NCBI RefSeq assembly: GCF_031769215.1
Contig: NW_026781968.1
Coordinates: forward strand, 310,001-374,000
DNA: 64,000 nucleotides
Reading direction: 5' to 3'
From: Ylistrum balloti
Taxonomy: Eukaryota
This document shows, piece by piece, positions 25,451-37,100 of this stretch; position 1 is the first letter of the stretch, and each line of letters starts with the position of its first letter. The notes beneath the pieces were generated by a model. It was given only the letters and a program-made list of their open reading frames with translations. It was not told the DNA's origin and did no database searches. A program made the position numbers and the translations under genes.

Positions 25451-26449
25451 TATCACCTTTAACACTTGTAATTCTGACAGCAGGTTTCATGCCAAGAGAT
25501 GTGACATATCAGAAGCCGTACTTTAAAGTAACCTATGAATTCAGGTCAAGGTGTTCCTCTTAATTATAATTACTTCAATATCATCTCGTCGCAGCACACG
25601 TGTAGTATGTGTGTTCAGAAAAAAACATTGAACATAACATGACCTTACCTGGCGCTACGTGACTTGATTACATACTTTTCGTTCAGGTACAGTGATTTTA
25701 AACTAAGGCCTATCTCTATGACAATTTATGGTCTTAATCGATGAATTATTACGTGATTTAGAAGTGTAGTCATGGAGATCAGTGCTATAAACGAGGGATA
25801 TACCATGTCGGAACGAACGGAAAACAATAAGGTAAAAATGATATGTATATCAAAGGCACCTTTGTACTTACTGCAGGATGGTTTTTAACGGTTTTACATG
25901 TTATTTTATTTATCTTACATCTAATAATGTTCTCGCCCAGGTGTTTTCTTCCGATGATGTTCCATATAATGTACAACAGTCTAAAGACTTTGAATAATAT
26001 TTGAATTATAGTTTATCCGTTAAAAAAAAGGAAAAAAAGCGTCTTTGGTGATATGTACATTTTTTTTCTATGGAAATAAGGTCAGCAGATTACCACGTCC
26101 TCATAAACTTTGAAATAATTTCATCGTCACGACTTTATAAAACCCATAATGATAACCCAGACGAGTTGTATAAATATATGAATATTTTCTAAAATCTGTG
26201 ATCATCAAAATTTGGTTTATCTGATATCCAGTTCATGAGTTGTAGTGAGATGTGTCTGAATCTAGAGCTAGGTATAAAACATGTCACTTAAATTGCATGG
26301 AGAATAATACATGTAACAGTTACAACGCGAGCGTTTATATCATGGAGTCAGTATGAATACAAACATGAAAATGATATAGTTCTAACTATAAATACAAAAA
26401 TTTACATGATTGTCAGTTTGAAGAAATATATTTATATAAATATCAGTTT

Positions 26450-27310
26450 AAACACTAATATTTACATAATTGTAAATATGAACACATACATTTTAACATT
26501 TAACACACATTTACGTAATTGTGAGTATTAACATATATTTACATAACTGTCAATATTAACACATATTTTCGTAATTGTCAATATTAACACATATTTACAT
26601 AACTGTCAATATTAACACATATTTTCATAATTGTCAATATTAACACATATTTACATAATTGTCAGTATTAACACATATTTACATAATTGTCAGTATTAAC
26701 ACATATTTACATAATTGTCAGTATTAACACATACTTTACGTAATTGTCAGTATTAACACATATTTACATAACTGTCAATATTAACACATATTTACATAAT
26801 TGTCAGTATTAACACATATTTTACGTAATTGTCAGTATTAACACATATTTACATAACTGTCAATATTAACACATATTTTCGTAATTGTCAATATTAACAC
26901 ATATTTACATAATTGTCAATATTAACACATATTTACATAATTGTCAATATTAACACATATTTTCGTAATTGTCAATATTAACACATATTTACATAATTGT
27001 CAATATTAACACATATTTACATAATTGTCAATATTAACACATATTTACATAATTGTCAATATTAACACATACATAATTGTCAATATTAACACATATAATT
27101 GTCAATATTAACACATATTTACATAATTGTCAGTATTAACACATATTTACATATTTGTCAATATTAACACATATTTTCGTAACTGTCAATATTAACACAT
27201 ATTTACATAACTATCAATATTAACACATACATAATTGTCAATATTAACACATATTTACATAATTGTCAATATCAACACATATTTACATAACTGTCAGTAT
27301 GAACATATAT
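26450..27310. repeat. 28 bp AT-rich minisatellite, ~30 copies
   Basis: Unit TATTAACACATATTTACATAATTGTCAA. Confidence 0.95.
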
Positions 27311-28964
27311 TTATACAATTGGTATTATTAGCATACAATGATATGATTGTAATTATTAACACATATGTTCATATAATTGTCAATATATTAACAACACAGA
27401 TTTTTACTTAATTGCAATGATGAGTTCAAGTTTAAGTTCTTTATTACCTAAAGTCAACTTACTCATCGGATACAAGAAAGTAACAACATAAAACATTTAT
27501 AACAATATACAAACACTTGATTACAGATACAATCCAGACCCGGAGAGAGCAAACTATAAGCTCAAGTGATCTCTTAAAACGTTAGCAACCTTGATATATT
27601 TAGACAATTTTGTAATTTCTTTTTGTATTTGTTTTTTACATTAAAATTTGTACTCGTTTAAACATATTTCTGATTTCATAATAGTTCTTTTTCAAAATGA
27701 TTTTCCTCAGGCCCGTGTAGCAAGGACATTTCAATATAAAATGTTTTCTGTATCATCTAAATTACAAATGGTACATACTCGTAAATTTCATGGTATATTT
27801 GATATCGAATCTTTTCTACTTTTAAATTATGAGATACAGTCTAATTTGTTCAGTTTAATATGAAAATGGGTATAAATATGTCCTTTCGGTGAAGTTCTAA
27901 TTTTCTCTGTACAGTCTTGTCTAAATATATCATAAATTCTTTTCCTGATTACATAAATTTACATTTTTTTCTGTTTCCCAAATATAACCTAAATGTTTAA
28001 AACCTATTTATCATTATTCTCCAACATATCTTCATGTCATCATTTTAATATGCAATTTTTTTTCTTTTTATATTTCATCCAATACTTAAATATTCTTAAT
28101 TTTCTTAGAAATGTCAGTGGAAACCTACCAAGTTCTAAATAAACCATATCATTACACGTATATTTCCAAAACCCAAAAATATTTTCCAGAACATCGTGTG
28201 ATTTTTTTCAACCTCAGGTACTTTATGAAAGCCCCATATTTCGCATTCATAACTTAAAATGCTATTATCATATGTGTCAAAGACCGATAATTGGGATTCA
28301 ATATTAAAAATGATTTTTATCGCAAACGCTTAAAACGGAAAATAAAGCTTTTCGTCGTTTCTCTGCGATTTTTGTCCTTTTGTTGAGTAGCATGTCCAAA
28401 TAGTTCAATTAATTTACAATTTCTAATTGGCAACCGTCACAGTTCCGGGTTTCGTCATTTTTCAAAAGGCCACCATTTCGAAAAACCTGAATTTTTGTTT
28501 TACTTGTATTGATAGTTAAATTCCATTTTTTATATATGAGACTAAAGAACTTAGCATACCCCGTAAGCCTTCAGGTCATCTGTGTACATTAACAGGAACA
28601 AGTTTAGAGTCTGAATTTCAACCGAAGGACAGTTGTCAATTAAAAATTGCATTTCAATAACGTACAGAAAAAACATTTTAGATGATAGAATTTCCCATTG
28701 GAACAATTCGTATTCATAGTCAAAATAACAAGATAATGAACCAATATGCTTAACACAACATTTAACACTACTATACCGCGACCTGATTATCTTTAATAAT
28801 TATCCATCAATACCTTCCCTTATTGATTTAAACTACAAAACCAAATGCCTCAGTACAATCAACAATGCAGCAGTACAGTCTTCTCCTATTTCTCACAGTA
28901 CGGTTAATTATTGTTTGTGTGCTTTTAGTGCAAATATAGCGCCAGTTGTAGAATGATTTTGTTT

Positions 28965-29130
28965 TCAGTCAAATTGAACATCAGATATTTTTCTAAATTT
29001 TAAGTCAAAGATCACCAGTCTATTATTGAGTATAGATGTGAAAAGTTTTCCTAGACAACTGACAGTAGTAATCCCGCTGTAGTTATTTAGTTCATTAGCA
29101 CCCCCCCCCCCTTTTTGAAAAAAGAGACCT
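28965..29130 (-). mobile_element. Non-LTR retrotransposon (LINE) RT domain-0/1 fragment
   Basis: FQKGG..NELNNYSGITTVSCLGKLFTSILNNRL..ISDVQF matches the LINE pattern KKGDxxxxxNYRGITLxSCLGKLFTxILNNRL..xSxxQFGF. Confidence 0.8.
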
Positions 29131-31163
29131 TTTCCCAACTTTCTGGAAAATATCCATATTAAAGCATAATGTTGAATAAAGTGATAAAGCAAGGCATTAA
29201 CAGTCTTAAATTAAAAACTCATTCAAAATACCATCTGGACCACACACCTTATTCGTATTTAATTTATTAATTGCATTAAATATTATAAGAAAAGTAAAAA
29301 ATGATCATATTTAGAACGATATTAAGTACATGTTTATACTTCCCGATGCTTACGACGCAGCCATTAATCATTTTAATTATTTTGTAATAATCATATTTCA
29401 GCTCGGTTTTTATTAAGTTAAACGACAAATGTAATTGTCTGGTACCATGTCCTTTTACATAATTGTGAAAACACTTTTCAATACAAATCTAGAATTAGAT
29501 AGAGTAGAATCAAATCGTGAGATAAATTGTATGATACTGAGAATTAACTTTCGAGGCGACTTTAGAACCCTTAAAATTCACCGCAAAAATGTTTTTACTA
29601 CAATTGTTATTGTCAAACGAAGGTCAAGTACATGTGTATATTCTGAGCAGTACTTTTATTCGAATGAATTAAACATATCTTGACGAAAGGTACACTTCTG
29701 CGTTGGGAATAATCTGTGACCAGTACGTCATTTTTCTAAAAACAAAATAAACAAGCTCTAGGTAATCGAGTTCTACCACAGGAACGGGTCACACACGCTG
29801 ACCTCACACAGTCCTGAATAAAATAGATGTTAAACATTGCAATTTGCCGTCCGTTAACATTGCTGTGTTCTACATCCATAAAGTTTTTCATGCCTAGACA
29901 CATATTATTTATCACGAATAATGTCTGATGTAAACCATACTGATGACAAACAAACAACTGTCTGTTTTTAGACATATCCGTTTTATCCGTTCAGAGAAGT
30001 ATTTACTTAGATAAAAAAATTAAATATCTGCGTGATTTATGTTCAATCAAGGTGTACGGGGAATTTTGTCGTGAATTCGTCCTTGTATATATGTTGTATT
30101 AAACGTAGAAACGATGTTTCCCCAGAAAATGTTTGCCATGTAGTACATAATGTACTTTCTAAAATCTTAGATAAAACAATAATGCTATTAAAGCAAAGAT
30201 GTACTGGTTCAATAAGAAAGCGAAAGTGGTAAAGCTTACTGATAACGAAAGAACTTGTGTAAAATCTTACAGCTTTTCATTAAAAAGGAGTCGTATGTTT
30301 ATCAAATAAACATGTGGTCTTCAATAAACAAAAAATTCATATATAAATAATAGTCAAAGAACATCGAAAAATATTGAGATAGACAATAATTGAATGCAAA
30401 ATACGTAGTCAATACCAGTTTAGTAATTCTTGCCTATGTCTAGATTTAATCTCCACGGATGACATAGAAACTAAAATTCGTGATTAAATCCAAGTAATGT
30501 TATGTCATCAAAGTGAGAACAACGTTGCGACAACTCAAATACGACACACTTTTATACGTAAACAAAACGTCGATGTCATAATAAATAAAGAAATGCAGTG
30601 TTTGGATTTTATTGTGGATTTTATACGGCTTAATTCTTATCTTAAATAGGAAAACAGATGGCATCTTTTAATTTGTTTGATTGCCAGAATCATCAACAGC
30701 AAGAGGATAAAATAGTGATGACAATAGTAATGACAGACAATTGTAAAAAATGTAATTGTGTTTCTATGTAGGTTTTTCTGACTTATGCACATAGATAAGG
30801 GTTTCTATAACAAAAATATTTATTTGATATCGTCAAAAATTCATTTTGGCTGATTGAATAAGCTGACAGGGAAAGAGATGTCCTTATTATCAAATACATC
30901 CAATGTCCATGTTTAGAATACCTTTTTTCCCGTCTGTCATTTTGAAGTTCAAGATGATATAGTTATCTACCTTGCTCTTTTTCAGGAATTTAGGATTGAC
31001 CAAGATTTACATGGCGGGTACAGTCGATGAAACAGAATATGGTTGATATGTTGCCCTAGTTTTATCGGATTGGAGTTTGAATTCTGTTGATATGTTGATG
31101 TTGTCCTTGTTGTTTTTGTCAAAAACTAATAAACTGTTATATTGAATATGCTTTTCGCTATAG

Positions 31164-34100
31164 TACCTCGATGTACCCGGGACAAGAATCACTTCGTCAA
31201 ATGTAGAAAAGCGAAGACCTTCCAATGAAACAAATGTAAAGACTGACGAGGTCCAGCGTAGTTGTGTTACCATTCCAGAAGAGGAAGAAAAAGTCAAGCA
31301 GATGACAACTGATCTTATCTACAAGATTAGCTCCTATGTTCCTCCACATCTAACTCTCATGTTTGCCTTCCAGGTAAGATCTTTCTCCGAGACGTTTAAT
31401 AACATATTTGCTACGTCGACATTTACTTAAACATATTTTGTAAGGCGAAAAAAAACTAATCAAACAAAACCGAAGGCTATAGCAAGTGTTATGATCGGTA
31501 CACGATTGCAATAAAGAGGAGCTTACCAATAAAACTCGTTACTGAGATAATATCAAATAGTGATGACTAAAAGCTAGATTTGATCAGACTGTAATCTGAT
31601 TACAAAAGTAGTCACTTTATTGTGGAAACTTTGATTTAGGTGACCATCTGGAGTTAAAATAGCGATTTCAGTATTAAGTTTAAATTTGAAATCAAGAATA
31701 TTGCATATTGTTATTTACAGCAAGCTCTGTTATCCCTGTCTGGTTCTCTGGCCGTATCCCTGTTAGTAGCAGAAGTGGTGTGTGCTGAGGACAACGACGA
31801 ATTCAAAGCCAAACTCCTGAGTTCTACCCTGTTCATGAATGGCGTCACTACATTTTTCATGGTCACTCTTGGAATAAGGTCAGTCTCTTCAAAAATGACT
31901 TTGGCATTTATTCTTATTGATCATGTCTATTTGATATTGATTGTATCCGCTGATTTAGTCCTTTTGGTATATTAGCGTTACACTTCATTGTACTTTCCGT
32001 GTATACCAGAAAACAGCAGTAGTCTTTCTATTTTTGTGACCTTGATCAATACCTTCATTGATTTACTAAGACTTTGTACTTCATTTACCCTAATGAAAAT
32101 GAAATACATATAGAAAAATGTCGCCTGATGGTTATTTCATAATAGAAGTATTTCAATGACGAATAATTCACCATTTTATGTACGGCTTTGTTTTTTTATG
32201 ATAGAAGTATTCTTATGACGAAAAATTTTATCTACGCCTTTAATGATTTTTATGACATACAACACCAACATCACAAAAACATCATATTGCAAATCCTTAG
32301 TCAGAGTGAAAGTACATCATGTTTCTTTTTAATACAATTCTGCGACCATGACAGATTACCGTTGTACCAGGGAGCTACACCTGATTATGTGGCACCACTT
32401 CTGGCTATGTCACAGATAGACAAAGGAAAATGCAACGGTACACGACCGATCAGCGGTAAGGTTACACAGCTAGTTTATTATCCTCGATAAGGTTATACAG
32501 CTAGTGTATTATCATTGATAAGGTTATACAGCTAGTTTATCATCATTGATCAGGTTATACAACTAGTGTATTATCATTGATAAGGTTATACAGCTGGTTT
32601 ATTATCATTGATAAGGTTATACAGCTAGTTTATCATCATTGATCAGGTTATACAACTAGTGTATTATCATTGATAAGGTTACACAGCTAGTTTATTATCA
32701 TCGATAAGGTTATACAGCTAGTTTATTATCATTGATAAGGTTATACAGCTAGTTTATCATCATTGATCAGGTTATACAACTAGTGTATTATCATTGATAA
32801 GGTTATACAGCTGGTTTATTATCATTGATAAGGTTATACAGCTAGTTTATTATCATTGATAAGGTTATACAGCTGGTTTATTATAAATTATAAGGTTATA
32901 CAGCGTTTATTATCATTGATAAGGTTATACAGCTAGTTAATTATCATTGATACGGTTAGACAGCTAATTTAAAATCACTCTTTATCGCCATATTATCTAG
33001 TAAATATGCTATCATTTAAACCCACTCAGAAAATATAAAGCAGTGCAAGATAATTATGGCTGGCATGGGTTATGACAGTTTCCCCACGTTTCTCACGTTT
33101 GTAGTTCCTCAGACAATCACATTAAAAGATTCGCTCATTCTTTATCATGCATAACCCAATACCTTGGTAATTTTACAAAATCATTTTTTCACACGTAGTT
33201 TTCAACAACGTCACCAATACAACGGAGAGAAGCTTCCCAGAGGGTTCCGAAGAAATCATACTTCATTCAATACAGTCTGTAAGTTTCATTCATAATTGAT
33301 TGAAGTCTGTAAGTTTATGCTTTGTAATACTAGTCAAATTACAATGTTATTAGTCTTGATTCAAACCCGAACTGCCAGTTCGTCACATCTATCATACCAT
33401 AGATTGCAAATATATTGAATTTTAAACACTAGCAAGACTGCAGAGTCATTTAATATTTGCAAATTCATTATGTTTTATTCAAGCCAGAAGTTTATCATAT
33501 TAAACCAATGTGTGGTAGGACATGCTTTACATAAACATATCTACAAGTTCATGCTTTACACAAATGAGACTACAAGTTAATGCTTTACACAAACAAGACT
33601 ACAAGTCCATGCTTTACACAAATGAGACTACAAGTTCATGCTTTACACAAATGAGACTACAAGTTCATGCTTTACACAAACAAGACTACAAGTCCATGCT
33701 TTACACATGCTTTACACAAAAAGAACTACAAGTTCATGCTTTACACAAACAGAACTACAAGTTCATGCTTTACACAAACAGAACTACAAGTTCATGCTTT
33801 ACACAAACAGAACTACAAGTTCATGCTTTACACAAACAGAACTACAAGTTCATGCTTTACACAAACAGAACTACAAGTTCATGCTTTACACAAACAGAAC
33901 TACAAGTTCATGCTTTACACAAACAGAACTACAAGTTCATGCTTTACACAAACAGAACTACAAGTTCATGCTTTACACAAACAAGACTACAAGTTAATGC
34001 TTTACACAAACAAGACTACAAGTTCATGCTTTACACAAATGAGACTACAAGTTCATGCTTTACACAAACAGAACTACAAGTTCATGCTTTACACAAACAG

Positions 34101-37100
34101 AACTACAAGTTCATGCTTTACACAAACAGAACTACAAGTTCATGCTTTACACAAATGAGACTACAAGTTCATGCTTTACAAAAACAGAACTACAAGTTCA
34201 TGCTTTACAAAAACAGAACTACAAGTTCATGCTTTACACAAACAGAACTACAAGTTCATGCTTTACACAAACAGAACTACAAGTTCATGCTTTACACAAA
34301 TGAGACTACAAGTTCATGCTTTACACAAACAGAACTACAAGTTAATGCTTTACACAAACAAGACTACAAGTTCATGCTTTACACAAACAAGACTACAAGT
34401 TCATGCTTTACACAAACAGAACTACAAGTTCATGCTTTACACAAACAAGACTACAAGTTCATGCTTTACACAAACAGAACTACAAGTTCATGCTTTACAC
34501 AAACAAGACTACAAGTTAATGCTTTACACAAACAAGACTACAAGTCCATGCTTTACACAAATGAGACTACAAGTTCATGCTTTACACAAATGAGACTACA
34601 AGTTAATGCTTTACACAAATGAGACTACAAGTTCATGCTTTACACAAATGAGACTACAAGTTCATGCTTTACACAAACAAGACTACAAGTTCATGCTTAA
34701 GACAAACACCAACTCATGAAATAATCTTAATCCAAAAGGTGTTCCGGAAGAGTAAACGTCTCTACTACAACGACCTCTCCCGGCATGTAAAACTTGGTAT
34801 ACAACATTGGAATTAATCGGTAAACTAAGGAATTGGAGTTTGGGTTATGATTTTGTTGACGAAGGCGTTCTTTTCAGTTTAGAATGGAGTATTATGGTAT
34901 AAAATGATATTTTCAACTAGAAACTCGACCACTTTTATGATTTCGTCATCAGCATAGTTCACAACCATATCTATCTGTTCCGCTGTTCTTGTGAAGAAAA
35001 GTTCTCACAACAAGAAAAGGGTTAAAGTTAGTAATACGTGTCAAGGCATCTAGCAATGTCGGAGATGAAAAAGATATATATATTTTTTAGTTACAGGGAA
35101 GTTTATTAGCCGCCGGTGCTGTCCATTTCCTATTAGGAGCGACTGGATTGGTTGGAGTTTTGCTGCGGTTTATAGGACCGATAACTATTGTTCCAACCAT
35201 TCTTCTTATTGGTATATACATGACACACGCAGTGATAAAGTTTGCTCAAGTCAACTGGCCACTGTCATTGATGTACGTTACATATCATTTAAAGACATTA
35301 TCTAATTACACTTATCATTTGAAAGGATGTATTAGTATTGGTCGTGTTCAAGGCGTACTATAAATGAATACAGATTATTATGAAAACCTATTAATATTTC
35401 TTGACATTAGATATAAACCATCCTTTCCCGTTAGTTATCCTGCTTATTATGATATTTTAAAACAGATTATGGCATTTAAAATCATTGTGGGTTAGCCTAC
35501 CGAGAAGGATCTGATTTAACTATAGCTTTTTTCAGGACATGTGCTTTAGCCATAATACTGTCACTATACATGGCGGAGATGAAAACGCCCGTACCGATAT
35601 GGTCTAGAAAGAAATCCTGGCATATTATTCGGTACCCACTTCATCAGGTGTTCGCAGTAAGCATTTCCTGAGTGTGATGTCTCAATAAAAGGTCTCCGTT
35701 GTAGATATTAGGCAATATTTTTCACCTATTTATCTGGCACTCATTCATCGGTAGACAGTCGTTGTCATTGTTCGAAGTTATATCAGTAATAGTTAATTAG
35801 AGGCCTGTTTCATTCGTTCTCATATTTATCTTATCAATCTACCGAATACTTCGTCCAGAACAACTGATCATATTAAAAAGGATATCAATCTTAAGGCAAT
35901 CCTGACTGCAGGAGATGGATATAATCGATTTTCCAAAATGCATATACAATGTACCAATGTTTGGAACACATTACCAGTGACGTCTCGGGTTTGTACGCGT
36001 TGTCCTTATTATTCTTTAATTCTGTATTGACGTTTACCGAATAGATCCTGATAGCCTTGGTGATAGGCTGGGTGATGTGTGCAGTTCTGACGACAGCAGG
36101 TGTGTTTAATACGGACCGAAATCACAGAGACTTCTACTCCCGAACAGATGCTAGGACGGATATTGTTCATAAATCTAACTGGTTCTACTTTCCTTATCCT
36201 GGTATGTAACATTCAACTTATGTCTAGCTGTCTTTATATATAATTTCATGACGACCATGGACCCTGAGCAAAAGGCTACTGTCCTTGAACCCCAAGTCAT
36301 TTCCATCAGCATTAACATCAAAATCGTTTGAGTCCACGCACCTGATCATGGTTCTACTCCCTACATTATCCTAAACGGTACTTTCCGGTATTATTTGAAA
36401 ATAAGAAGTTTACTTCCGTTTTGCTAAAATGAATGGTTGTGCATTGCACTACATTGATGATGATAAATGGTGGTTTCGTTCAGTGGAGTTCTAGGTGAAA
36501 TATTCATTAAAATTTGAAGAATGTAAAGAGTGATTGATTTTCTACCTTTGAACGATTTCCGACCATGTAAATTACACATCGTTTGCAAGAGATCATGATA
36601 TTTTGTGTCTTTTTTCTTTTCAGGACAGTTTGGACCGATGCGATTTGATGTATCCGTCTTTGTTGGTTTCATAGTAGCAACTATTGTTTCTATCCTGGAT
36701 TCTATTGGGGACTATTACGCATGCGCCTCAATCTGTAAAGTCCCTCCCCCTCCTACACACGGTGTAAACCGTGGTATTGCAATCGAGGGGTTCTGTTCAG
36801 TACTATCTGGTATAGTCGGATGTGGACATGCCACCACCACCTACGGTGGAAATATAGGAGCTATAGGACTGACTCGGGTGAGTGTTTGTAACGCATGGTT
36901 TTATAGGCGATATAGGACTGACTCGGGTGAGTGTTTGTAACGCATGGTTTTATAGGCGATATAGGACTGACTCGGGTGAGTGTTTGTAATGCATGGTTTT
37001 ATAGGAGCTATAGGACTGACTCGGATGAGTGTTTGTAATATAAGGCTTATTTCGCTGTATAACTTCAGCATGATTCGTCTGTGTTGTTTAGATGATGCTA

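Noticed and set aside
33522-34622. 366 aa and overlapping ORFs
   Set aside because: These are 29 bp repeat translations rotating through frames, inside a well-supported SLC23 intron.
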